A stretch of 64,000 nt of DNA, taken from the NCBI GenBank assembly GCA_011523505.1, contig WTGP01000046.1, forward strand, positions 5,046 through 69,045, given 5' to 3'. The notes beneath the pieces were generated by a model that saw only the letters and a program-made list of their open reading frames with translations, was not told the origin of the DNA and did no database searches. Position 1 is the first letter of the stretch; each line of letters begins with the position of its first letter. Shown here piece by piece: positions 36,293 to 45,197 of this stretch. This DNA comes from Gammaproteobacteria bacterium (GTDB taxonomy: Bacteria; Pseudomonadota; Gammaproteobacteria; Steroidobacterales; Foliamicaceae). A program made the translations under genes and the position numbers.

Positions 36293-37984
36293 ATGATAAA
36301 TAGGCCCTTATTCGCTACACTTGGCATGACAGTCCTGTTTCTCTGTGCTCCGGTCCAGGTTTCGGGGCAATCGAAGGGCGAGTTTCCTGCGTTATTGTCC
36401 AATGAGACAATTAGGCAGGACAATTACTTGCCGGATTTTTCCTTTGCGGGCTACGGGAACGGCCTGGCCGCCATCCCGGACGCATCCGGAACCGTGGTGA
36501 GGGTTGACGATTTCGGCGCATCCGCCCACGACGAAACCGACGACACTAAGGCCATACTGGCTGCGATAGCGCATGCACATGACGTAGCCGGTCCCGTGAT
36601 CGTACGGTTTTCGGCCGGAAGATATATCGTCTCGGAAGTACTGCGAATCGAACGCTCGGATTTTGTCCTGCAGGGCGCGGGCTCCGGCCCGGGCGGCACC
36701 GTTCTTCACTTTCCCCGGCCCCTGAAACAGGTCGACCGAAGTACGTCACTGGACGAGCTCAGGCAGTACCTGGTGAAGCTCGACAAACGCGAGGTGGACC
36801 CGGAAAGGAATCTCGACGACTATTTTTCCGAGTATTCATGGAGCGGTGGTTTCATCTGGATACAGAAGCCGGGCGTGCGCGAAGCGCCTTACCTGGTCGA
36901 GTACGACCCGGAGATCGAAAAACTGGCGGACGTTGAGTCCGGCGCAAGAGGCGCCCGGACTATCGTGCTTTCCCCGACGGCCGATATCCACGCAGGCGAC
37001 ATCATTCAGTTGCAGTGGATCAACCGCACCGGACCCGACGCCGGAATCATCAAATCGCTCTACGAAACGGAATATGAAAGCGCGGGATCACATCACTGGT
37101 CGTTTCCCAAGCGGCCCCTTGTTCGCCAGACATCCCGGGTGCTGCGGGTCGAAGGACGCAAGGTGCAGCTGGCCGACCCGCTGTTGCATGATGCGAACGA
37201 CACGATCCCCGCACAGATTGCCGCCTGGGACGGCCTGCAGCACGTCGGAGTCGAAGACCTCAGAATCGAGTTCCCCGATTCACCGTTCTTCGGCCATCAC
37301 CTGGAGCGCGGCTACAACGGAATCTACTTCACAAGTTCGTTCGATTCCTGGGCGAGGAACATTCGCATCACCAACGCCGACAGCGGCATCCTGAGCTACA
37401 GCAGCGCCAACCTGACTTTCAGGGACGTGATTTCCGATGGCGCCCGGCGTGCTCACTACGCCGTACACATGGGCAACGTGCATAACGTGCTGGCGGAAAA
37501 TATTACGATCATGAATCCGGTTCTGCATTCGTTGTCCTTCAACACCCAGTCAACGAAGTGCGTCTTCAAGAACGCCGAGGTTTTCGTAAGCCCGACGCTG
37601 GACCAGCATGCCGGCGCGAATCATCAGAACCTGTTCGACAACGTAACCCTGCACATGCGGGCGGTCCGAAGCAACGATGGACCGGTCGTTCCGGTGTTTG
37701 ACGGCAGCGGCGCCGGCTACTGGCAGCCCGGCCATGGCGGATTCAATACCACCTGGAATCTGCGCGTGCTGGTAACGGGTGGCGCATACGCGGATGAAGT
37801 CGTTACGGTGCAGGGCCTGGATGAAGGACCGATGGCCCGAATCGTCGGACTGCACGGAAATCGGGAATTCAAGCTGGATTACAGGCCCACGCCGTATGTC
37901 GAGATGCTCAACGTACCGCTCGAATCGGTCCCGTCCCTCTATGATTATCAAAGGCAGCAACGCCTTGAGACGACTGATCGCTGA
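36293..37984 (+). CDS. Secreted right-handed beta-helix protein (Pectate_lyase_3 / GH28-GH55-like N-terminus); candidate polysaccharide-active enzyme
   Basis: ATG at 36293 (MINRPLFATLGMTVLFLCAPVQVSGQ signal). YLPDFSFAGYG...VVRVDDFGASAHDETDDTKAILAAIAHA...GRYIV is the hallmark start of Pectate_lyase_3-type beta-helices. Confidence 0.7.
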   Translation: MINRPLFATLGMTVLFLCAPVQVSGQSKGEFPALLSNETIRQDNYLPDFSFAGYGNGLAAIPDASGTVVRVDDFGASAHDETDDTKAILAAIAHAHDVAGPVIVRFSAGRYIVSEVLRIERSDFVLQGAGSGPGGTVLHFPRPLKQVDRSTSLDELRQYLVKLDKREVDPERNLDDYFSEYSWSGGFIWIQKPGVREAPYLVEYDPEIEKLADVESGARGARTIVLSPTADIHAGDIIQLQWINRTGPDAGIIKSLYETEYESAGSHHWSFPKRPLVRQTSRVLRVEGRKVQLADPLLHDANDTIPAQIAAWDGLQHVGVEDLRIEFPDSPFFGHHLERGYNGIYFTSSFDSWARNIRITNADSGILSYSSANLTFRDVISDGARRAHYAVHMGNVHNVLAENITIMNPVLHSLSFNTQSTKCVFKNAEVFVSPTLDQHAGANHQNLFDNVTLHMRAVRSNDGPVVPVFDGSGAGYWQPGHGGFNTTWNLRVLVTGGAYADEVVTVQGLDEGPMARIVGLHGNREFKLDYRPTPYVEMLNVPLESVPSLYDYQRQQRLETTDR

Positions 37985-38013
37985 TCACGCTGATCCTCGG
38001 TCGGCGCCCATTC

Positions 38014-38019
38014 TATAAT
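38014..38019 (+). promoter_or_regulatory. Possible -10 box TATAAT upstream of the ABC operon
   Basis: Exact TATAAT lies 27 nt upstream of the TTG start and is followed by SD ggaggaggg. The -35 region is poor. Confidence 0.3.
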
Positions 38020-38045
38020 CGGGCAAGCGTGGAGGAGGGTGCGCT

Positions 38046-38783
38046 TTGCTGCAGGCGACGAAGCTTACGAAGAGCTACGGTGACACCGAGGCCCTGAAGG
38101 GGCTGGACATGACCGTGGAGGGTGGCGACATCTACTGCCTGCTGGGCGCCAACGGCGCCGGCAAGACGACCACCATCAGCCTGTTCCTGAACTTCATTCA
38201 GCCGGATGAAGGCACCGCGACAGTCTGCGGTCTGGACGTGACCGAACAGCCGCTGGAGACCAAGAAGCTGCTGGCCTACATTCCCGAGCAGGTCATGCTC
38301 TACGGCAACCTGTCGGCGCTGGAAAATCTTCGCTATTTTTCCCAGCTGGGCGGCCACGACTACTCGCAGGACGAATACCGCGGCTTTCTGCGGCGCGTGG
38401 GACTGCAGGAGGAGGCCGTGGAGCGGCGGGTCAGAACCTACTCGAAGGGAATGCGCCAGAAGGTCGGCGTGGCCATCGCGCTGGCCAAGCAAGCCAGGGC
38501 GCTATTGCTGGACGAACCGACGGCCGGTCTGGATCCCAAGGCCAGCAACGAATTCTCGGAGTTACTGCTGAAACTCAAATCGGACGGCGCCGCGATCCTG
38601 ATGGCCACCCACGATCTATTCCGGGCCAAGGAAACCGGCACGCGCATCGGCATCATGAAGGAAGGACGCCTGGTCGATGAGCTCAGCACCGGCGAGGTAT
38701 CCCATGCCGACGTGGAGAAAATCTATCTCCAGCACATGCACGCCGGCGGACACTACGCGCAGGAGGGCGCCGGTTCCGCCTGA
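38046..38783 (+). CDS. ABC transporter ATP-binding protein (ABC-2 / NosF-like type)
   Basis: Walker A GANGAGKTT, signature YSKGMRQK, Walker B LLLDEPTAGLD, H-loop ATHD. TTG start after a strong SD. Confidence 0.9.
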   Translation: MLQATKLTKSYGDTEALKGLDMTVEGGDIYCLLGANGAGKTTTISLFLNFIQPDEGTATVCGLDVTEQPLETKKLLAYIPEQVMLYGNLSALENLRYFSQLGGHDYSQDEYRGFLRRVGLQEEAVERRVRTYSKGMRQKVGVAIALAKQARALLLDEPTAGLDPKASNEFSELLLKLKSDGAAILMATHDLFRAKETGTRIGIMKEGRLVDELSTGEVSHADVEKIYLQHMHAGGHYAQEGAGSA

Positions 38784-38799
38784 ACAAGAGGTAAAGCTT

Positions 38800-40233
38800 A
38801 TGATCGCTTCCATTGCACGCAAGGAATTCTCCGAAATCGTGCGCGACGGGCGGTTCAAATGGACCGCCGGCATCATGGCGCTGCTGCTGCTGACGGCAAT
38901 GGCCGCCGGCTACCAGAAATACGGCACGTACATGGATACGCAGCGTCTGGCCCAGGACCAGACCAACTACCAGTGGCTGAACCAGGGCGACAAGAACCCG
39001 CATTCGGGGGCGCACTACGGCAACTACGCGTTCAAGCCGGCTGGCCCGCTCGCCTTCTTCGACAACGGCATCAACAACTACGCGGGCACGGCGCTGTTCA
39101 TGGAGGCGCACAAGCAGAACTTCGCCATCGGCCGGCCCGCGACCGACCAGAGTTCCATCGGGCGCTTCGGCGACCTGAGCGGCGCCATGATCCTGCAGCT
39201 GCTGATGCCGCTTTTGATCATCTTCCTCGGATTCACGGCGTTTTCCGGCGAGCGCGAGAGCGGGACTCTGCGCCAGGTGCTGAGCATGGGCGTAAGCAAT
39301 CGCCAGTTGCTCTGGGGCAAGGCGCTGGGAATCGGAACGGCGGTATTGCTGGTCGTCGGCGCCTGCGTGCTTATCGGGGGCCTGGCGCTGTCGCTTACCG
39401 AACTGCACGCGGAGGACGAGTCGCTCGGCCTGCGGGTGGCGATCATGGCGGCGTCCTATCTTCTTTACGCGGCGATCTTCCTGTTCCTGACGCTTGCGGT
39501 GTCCGCCTGGGCGAAGAATGCCCGCACCGCGCTCATGGTCCTGGTCGGTTTCTGGGCGTTCGTCGGATTCCTGGCGCCGAAAGCCGCCGGCGAAATCTCC
39601 AGGATCGTGCACCCGACACCGGCCTTCGGCCAGTGGATGGCCGATATGCGCGCTCACCAGATGCGCGGCATCGACGGAGTGCCGCCGTTCGTGCGCTTCG
39701 AACAGGAAGCCCAGGCGATCTTCGCCGAGTACGGAGCGGAGACGGTCGCCGAACTTCCGGTCTATGTCGGCGCCCTCAGGCTGCAGAAATTCGAGGAATA
39801 CGACTTCCCCGTGTTCGAGGAGCATTACGGCCGGCTGCGCGATTCCTACATCAATCAGCGCCGTCTGCAGGACCGCCTGGGCGTGGTTGCGCCTACGCTG
39901 CCCCTGCGTTCGCTTTCGATGGCTTTGGCGGGAACCGATCTCATCCGGCACATCGACTTTGCCGACGCCGCCGAGACTTACCGGCGCGACATGGTGACCC
40001 GGATCAACGCCTACCTCGGCGAGGCGGCCGCCAGCATGAATACCGGCGGCGGCGTGCTGGTTTCGGATCAGGAGGTTTTCGGAATCGTGCCGCCGTTCGA
40101 ATTCAGATCGCAGGGATTGGGAGCAACGCTGGATGAGCACGGCGGCAATCTCATCGCTCTCGCGCTGTGGCTGCTGGCAGCGTTGGGACTGGCGCTGTGG
40201 GCGGTACGGCGCCTCAGGGTGGAGGAAGGCTGA
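38800..40233 (+). CDS. Large ABC-2-type permease (DUF3526-like), copy 1
   Basis: ATG at 38800 (MIASIARKEFSEIVRDGRFKW) after SD aagagg. It has an N-terminal TM, a large loop, a cluster of TMs, then a ~180-aa soluble tail and a final TM. Confidence 0.8.
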   Translation: MIASIARKEFSEIVRDGRFKWTAGIMALLLLTAMAAGYQKYGTYMDTQRLAQDQTNYQWLNQGDKNPHSGAHYGNYAFKPAGPLAFFDNGINNYAGTALFMEAHKQNFAIGRPATDQSSIGRFGDLSGAMILQLLMPLLIIFLGFTAFSGERESGTLRQVLSMGVSNRQLLWGKALGIGTAVLLVVGACVLIGGLALSLTELHAEDESLGLRVAIMAASYLLYAAIFLFLTLAVSAWAKNARTALMVLVGFWAFVGFLAPKAAGEISRIVHPTPAFGQWMADMRAHQMRGIDGVPPFVRFEQEAQAIFAEYGAETVAELPVYVGALRLQKFEEYDFPVFEEHYGRLRDSYINQRRLQDRLGVVAPTLPLRSLSMALAGTDLIRHIDFADAAETYRRDMVTRINAYLGEAAASMNTGGGVLVSDQEVFGIVPPFEFRSQGLGATLDEHGGNLIALALWLLAALGLALWAVRRLRVEEG

Positions 40234-41711
40234 TGAAACGGATAATCATTTCGCACGAGACGCGGGAACTCTTTCGCTCCGGGGCATTTCGAGCGCTGCT
40301 GTTCCTGGTGGCGGGAGCGTTGGCGTTTGCCGCCTTTTCGGGTCAGCGTTCCATCGACCGCCAGGTTGAAGGCGCAATGGCGGCCACCGCGTTCGAGGAC
40401 GTCCAGCGCGCAAAAATGCGGGCCGATACCGAAGCGTACGAAGCGCGGTTGGCCGCGCAAGGAGGGAAATACGAGTTCGCCGGGGCGCGGCACGCGCCGG
40501 GCGCGGGTCCCCCGCAGGGCACCAATGCCGGTGTGGTCGGTGCACAGACCGCCAAGTACCTCACATTGCCTCCCACGGGACTGGCGTCGTTCGCAGTGGG
40601 GCAGAGCGACATTCAGCTCAATTACGTGCCGGTTTCGATGAACCCCACGCACACCACCACGAACAACCTCGAACTCGAGAACCCGCTGAACCTGATGACG
40701 GGATCGTTCGACATCGCGTTCGTCCTGATCTTTCTGCTGCCGATCTTCATCCTGGCGATCAGTTACGACCTGCTCTCCAGCGAAAAGGAAAGGGGCACGC
40801 TGGCGATGATCCTGGCGCACCCGATATCGTTGAAGGAGCTGCTGGCCTCGAAGATCATCGCCCGGGCGGGCGTTCTGGTCGCGAGCATCTTGGGGCTGGG
40901 GCTTGTTGCGCTGTTCGCTGTCGGCACCAACCTTGATTCGGCCGATACCTGGTCGCGATTCGGTCTGTGGATTACGGCCACGCTGCTGTATTCGATGTTC
41001 TGGTTCGCGATGGCGGTCATGGTCAACGTGTACGGCAAAAACTCGGCCGCCAACGGCATTGCCCTGGCGGGCACCTGGCTGGCGCTGGTTGTGGTTCTGC
41101 CCACGCTCGTGAGCCTGCTCGCGACGACGATCTATCCCGCCCCTTCACGAATGGAACTGACCGTGGCCGCCCGCGACGCGCAGACCGCTGCCGAGAAAAC
41201 CTACATGGCCCGGCTGGACGAGTATTACTACGACCACCTGGAGTTCATTCCGGAAGGCGACGAGCGCGCAACGGACTTCCTTACCGTGGCGATGGCCAAC
41301 CGCAACGCGATCGAGAAGGCGGTGCGGCCGCTGTACGACGAGTTCCAGGGCCAGCTGAACCGCCAGGAAAGCCTGGTTCAGCGGTTCCAGTTCATTTCGC
41401 CCGCGATCATGATGCAGTTGGCGCTGAACGAGGTCTCCGGCACCAGCGCGGACCGTTACGAGCACTTCCTCAACCAGGCCTACGACTTCCACGCGCGCTG
41501 GGGCGAGTACTTCAGCGTCAAGTTCCTCCAGCGCGATCCCCTCAAGCCCGCCGACTACGACCGGTTCCCGGCGTTCGAGTACCAGGAGGAGCCGTTCGGC
41601 ACGGTGTTGATGCGCCTGGTCCCGTCTCTCCTGGGAATGATCGTGCTGCTTACCGGAGCGCTACTGATACCGTTCCTGCGGCTAAGGCGCTACCAGGTCG
41701 CCACCTCGTAA
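40233..41711 (+). CDS. Large ABC-2-type permease (DUF3526-like), copy 2
   Basis: ATG at 40233 overlaps the upstream TGA (TGATG). MKRIIISHETRELFRSGAFRALLFLV parallels the copy 1 N-terminus, and the overall topology is the same. Confidence 0.8.
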   Translation: MKRIIISHETRELFRSGAFRALLFLVAGALAFAAFSGQRSIDRQVEGAMAATAFEDVQRAKMRADTEAYEARLAAQGGKYEFAGARHAPGAGPPQGTNAGVVGAQTAKYLTLPPTGLASFAVGQSDIQLNYVPVSMNPTHTTTNNLELENPLNLMTGSFDIAFVLIFLLPIFILAISYDLLSSEKERGTLAMILAHPISLKELLASKIIARAGVLVASILGLGLVALFAVGTNLDSADTWSRFGLWITATLLYSMFWFAMAVMVNVYGKNSAANGIALAGTWLALVVVLPTLVSLLATTIYPAPSRMELTVAARDAQTAAEKTYMARLDEYYYDHLEFIPEGDERATDFLTVAMANRNAIEKAVRPLYDEFQGQLNRQESLVQRFQFISPAIMMQLALNEVSGTSADRYEHFLNQAYDFHARWGEYFSVKFLQRDPLKPADYDRFPAFEYQEEPFGTVLMRLVPSLLGMIVLLTGALLIPFLRLRRYQVATS

Positions 41712-41812
41712 GCCGGGCTGGGGACCTGACAGGGAGGGCATGACCCTTGCGGCGTCCCGCCCTCCGCGAAGGCAGGACGCCTTCGCTCCAAGGGTCAACA
41801 TCGCGTTTCTGA

Positions 41813-43177
41813 ATGACTGACCAGCGCGACTCAGAGCGCTTGCCCCTGCTTCTCAAGGCGAGCTGGGGCGCCGGGGGTCTTGGCGGCACCTCGATGCTCT
41901 ATCTCATCAACATGTTCGTGGTTTACTTCCTCGTTCGCCACGTGGGGATATCGGCTGCGATCGCCGGCATATTGTTTGCGATCACACGGATCTACGACGC
42001 CGTGATCGACCCGCTGATCGGCAATTTGAGCGATCGATCCGACACGCGGTGGGGCCGGCGCAGACCCTGGATGCTCGCGGGGGCGATCCTGGCGTCGGCT
42101 GCATGCATTGCCGTGTTTCATCCGCCCGATTTCGAACCGGGCCTGCTCCTGTACGCATGCGTGCTGCTGGCCCTGTTTGCCTATACCACCGGTTACTCGC
42201 TGTTTGCGATCCCGTACATGGCGCAGGGCGCGGAGATGACCGACAACTACCAGGAACGCGCCTCGCTGATGGCCTGGCGGACCTTCTTCGTTTACGGTTC
42301 CGGCCTCATGACGGTTTCCGGGGCCGCATGGCTGGTCGCAAGGCTGGGCAGCGACAAGGCGGCCTACGGCGGAATGTCGCTGGCCGCGGCCGCCGTCGTA
42401 GCCGTGACCATGCTCTGGGTTGTCGCGTTCACAGGCCGGGCCGCAACGGCTACCGGGCCGGTCAGAAAGCCGCCGTTGTTTTCCTCGCTGCTGGGCACGC
42501 TGCGCAACAAGCCGTTCCTGATCATGCTCGGCACCAAGATCATGGGGCAACTCGGGACGGCCTTTTCAGGGGCGTCGATGCTCTTTTACATCACCTATGT
42601 CATGCACCGGGACGAAACGGCAGTCGCGGTCTTCAGTCTGACCGCCAACATCATGGGGATTTGTTCCGTTCCGCTGTGGAGACGGCTGCTCAGGAATGTC
42701 GAACGGCGGACCTTGCTTCTCGCCCTGTTGACGACCAGTGCATTCGTGCACCTGACCTGGATGCTTGGCGGGCCGGACGAAAACCAGGTTGTCTTCGTGG
42801 GCCGTGCTTTTGTGCTCGGCGCGCTGGGCAGCGGCTCAGTGCTGCTCGCCATGGCGATGCTGGCGGATACCATCGAACTGGACCGCATCAGGAGCGGTGA
42901 GCAGCGCGAGGGAGCGTTTGTGGGCGCTTTCGAACTCATGCAGACCACGGCTTTCATCGTCGCCCCGCTGATCGCCGGGTTTGCATTTTCCCTGGCCGGA
43001 CTGGAATCCGGCGAGGTCGCCAGAGGCGATCAGCCCGAATCCGCGGTAATGATGATTCGCCTGCTGATGGGTGTCGCACCGGCCGTGTGCGTCGGCCTGG
43101 GCGCCGCGTTGCTGACGCTGTACCGGCTGGATGAGGCGAGACTCAAGGAGTTGCGTGCGCAATCCGCGGCCGCCTGA
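41813..43177 (+). CDS. GPH-family (glycoside-pentoside-hexuronide:cation) MFS symporter
   Basis: 454 aa, 12-TM-like. DAVIDPLIGNLSDRSDTRWGRRRPWML is the GPH signature. Confidence 0.85.
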   Translation: MTDQRDSERLPLLLKASWGAGGLGGTSMLYLINMFVVYFLVRHVGISAAIAGILFAITRIYDAVIDPLIGNLSDRSDTRWGRRRPWMLAGAILASAACIAVFHPPDFEPGLLLYACVLLALFAYTTGYSLFAIPYMAQGAEMTDNYQERASLMAWRTFFVYGSGLMTVSGAAWLVARLGSDKAAYGGMSLAAAAVVAVTMLWVVAFTGRAATATGPVRKPPLFSSLLGTLRNKPFLIMLGTKIMGQLGTAFSGASMLFYITYVMHRDETAVAVFSLTANIMGICSVPLWRRLLRNVERRTLLLALLTTSAFVHLTWMLGGPDENQVVFVGRAFVLGALGSGSVLLAMAMLADTIELDRIRSGEQREGAFVGAFELMQTTAFIVAPLIAGFAFSLAGLESGEVARGDQPESAVMMIRLLMGVAPAVCVGLGAALLTLYRLDEARLKELRAQSAAA

Positions 43178-43179
43178 AG

Positions 43180-44265
43180 TCAACAACGAAATAGAGCCCG
43201 GGCGTTGGCGGAAACCAGTTTTTCCTGAGTTGAAGCGTCCAGATCGCCCCTCTCGGCCAGCGCCTGCCGGTACATGATCGTGTCCCCGATATCGCCGGGG
43301 TGGCCGTAGTCGCTCGAGGCCATCAGGCGATCCTCTCCGAGGTAACGCATGATGTGCGGCAGGTCCTCGTGAACCTCGCAGGTGATATAGAAATTGTGCT
43401 GCTCGAGTTTTTCCCGGACGAATTCCATCAGCTCCTCCGGGCTCAGGCGCACGTGCAGCGCGGTTTGTACCGCGGCGGCCACCCAGGTGCATCCCGATTC
43501 GAAAAAGCCGAAGCGGAGGTCCGGGAACTTGGCGGGAAGCTTGCTGTTCAGAAGCACCGAGAAGGCGAGGTAGTTGGGGCTATCGGAAATGAACCGATTG
43601 AATCCCGCGCCGTCGCGGCCCTGAATGGACTCGAAGGCCGGGCTGCCGTGACCGATATGGACGCAGATGGGCATGTCCAGGTCGGCCGCAGCCGAATAGA
43701 CCGGATCGAAATCCGAATGGTCCAGGAACTTGTCGCCTTCCAGTCCCCGGAACAGGACGCCGACGGCCCCCTGGTCCCTGAAGGCGCGCATGTCCTCCAC
43801 CGTTTGTCCGGGATTCTTGAGCGAGGGCACGAAAACCCATCGCAGGCGGCCGCCTGATTCGCTGCAGCGGTCGGCCATCCACCGGTTGTATGCTCGCGTG
43901 AGCGCCAATTCGGCGCGCGGACGGGTGCAGCGTATGTTGAGAAAAAGGCTGGAAAAAACCACCTGCCTGTCCACCTGCTGACGGTCCATGTCCCCGAGTC
44001 GGGCAGGGACATCCTCGAGCGTGATGGAGCTTGCCTTGAATTCGCCGTTGGAGTGCTCGGCGATGAACTCGGCATCGTGCTTTCCGTACAAGTGGTTGTC
44101 GATCACCCAGAATTCCCGCGTAAAACCCCCTGCAAAATGGGCGCTGATGGTCGCACCCGACCGCTTGCGCAGAATCGAAGGGCGGAATTCCTCATCGCCG
44201 GACGACAGGAGGTCCCAGACGGAGCTCGGCTCCACGACATGGGTATCGGCATCAATGATCTGCAT
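43180..44265 (-). CDS. Amidohydrolase-2 (PF04909-like; ACMSD/LigI/decarboxylase-hydrolase superfamily), paralogue A1
   Basis: The track ORF extends to 44541. I prefer the ATG at 44265 (MQIIDADTHVVEP) with SD agagga. It has a metal-binding DxH at the N-terminus, ICVHIGHG and SSDYGHPGD. Confidence 0.85.
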   Translation of the reverse strand: MQIIDADTHVVEPSSVWDLLSSGDEEFRPSILRKRSGATISAHFAGGFTREFWVIDNHLYGKHDAEFIAEHSNGEFKASSITLEDVPARLGDMDRQQVDRQVVFSSLFLNIRCTRPRAELALTRAYNRWMADRCSESGGRLRWVFVPSLKNPGQTVEDMRAFRDQGAVGVLFRGLEGDKFLDHSDFDPVYSAAADLDMPICVHIGHGSPAFESIQGRDGAGFNRFISDSPNYLAFSVLLNSKLPAKFPDLRFGFFESGCTWVAAAVQTALHVRLSPEELMEFVREKLEQHNFYITCEVHEDLPHIMRYLGEDRLMASSDYGHPGDIGDTIMYRQALAERGDLDASTQEKLVSANARALFRC

Positions 44266-44354
44266 GAGCGTTTCCTCTTTCCTGGCGGCGCGGAAAATCA
44301 GGTGTTTCCGGAGATCGTATAGCGCGTGCGGCGCTTGAACAAATCCGTTTTCGG

Positions 44355-44370
44355 AATCCAATATTGGAAC
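44355..44370. promoter_or_regulatory. Box 1 of ATTCCA-N4-TGGAAT palindrome family (AATCCAATATTGGAAC)
   Basis: Read directly; the core TCCAATATTGGA is a perfect 12-bp palindrome. It lies between divergent A1 (start 44265) and iclR (start 44427). Confidence 0.6.
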
Positions 44371-44426
44371 CCTGGCCGCTTCGGCTGCTACACTGTCGGC
44401 CGGAGTAGCGGCGTATTCGAGCTGAA

Positions 44427-45197
44427 ATGGACGATCGTTCCAAGTCAGTGGCACGGGTGATTGCCATTCTTGACCAGTTGAGCGTTTCACCCCGCCCGAT
44501 GTCGAATCTGGAGCTGGCGACCGAGCTGGACGTACCGGCATCCAGCATGCATCGGCTATTGCAAAAACTGACTGCGCTTGAATTCATCAATTGCGATGCG
44601 GATACGGCCCGCTATTCGGTTGCGCCACGGCTCAGCGAACTGGGCGTGCGCCTGGCCGAGGTCGGCGGATATTCCCAGCCACTGCGGGACCTGATGGGCG
44701 AAATCCGCGACCGGACCGGTTACACGGTAAGCGTCTGGGTGCCCAGCGGTGCGCGTGTGCGGATCTCCGCATTGCTGGTGGGGACGACGCGCGGAATTAC
44801 GTCCCGGCTGCCGGGAGAGCTCGCGGAACCCTTTTCGACACCAGGGCTCGCGATCGCGCCGCAATACAGCGACGACGCGATACGAAAACTCATCGCGATG
44901 GCCCGCCGTCACGGCGCTCCACTCGGGCGGGGTTTTACCCACCTCGCCCAGGTCCGAAGCGCGGTCAGGCGGGTGGCGAAACGGGGTTACCTGGTCGGCT
45001 ACAACATCCGTGGCGATGGATGGGCGATGGCTGCGTGGCCAATCCCCGTGACGGTTTCTCCGCCCAGGCCGGGTTGCCTTGCAGTGGGCGCGCTCGTTCC
45101 GGAAATGCGCCGGCGGCAGGTTGAGCTGGTGGACTTCGTTAATGGCTTGCGCGAGACCTATCTGAAAAAGCTGGGTTGGGCGAAGGCGGGACCGTAA
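44427..45197 (+). CDS. IclR-family transcriptional regulator
   Basis: SVARVIAILDQLS...MSNLELATELDVPASSMHRLLQKL is the wHTH. The C-terminus is an IclR effector domain, ~256 aa. Confidence 0.85.
   Translation: MDDRSKSVARVIAILDQLSVSPRPMSNLELATELDVPASSMHRLLQKLTALEFINCDADTARYSVAPRLSELGVRLAEVGGYSQPLRDLMGEIRDRTGYTVSVWVPSGARVRISALLVGTTRGITSRLPGELAEPFSTPGLAIAPQYSDDAIRKLIAMARRHGAPLGRGFTHLAQVRSAVRRVAKRGYLVGYNIRGDGWAMAAWPIPVTVSPPRPGCLAVGALVPEMRRRQVELVDFVNGLRETYLKKLGWAKAGP

Noticed and set aside
43180-44541. Long N-terminal extensions in the ORF track for several genes (e.g. 43180..44541, 46207..48717, 53147..55624, 14162..15700, 57952..58683, 62674..63798, 50767..52401, 38677..40233, 40167..41711).
   Set aside because: The extensions are Arg/Pro-rich, overlap upstream genes or promoter regions, and precede an internal Met with an SD and a family-typical or signal-peptide N-terminus. 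I trimmed them accordingly.
45139-45197. 59-nt convergent overlap of H1 with iclR (and the 14-nt overlap of H3 with the propeller gene at 59551..59564) as a sign of frameshift or misassembly.
   Set aside because: Both H1 and iclR retain complete family-typical C-termini before the overlap. H1 simply has a ~20-aa low-complexity tail. Convergent 3' overlaps are tolerated, so there is no evidence of a frameshift.
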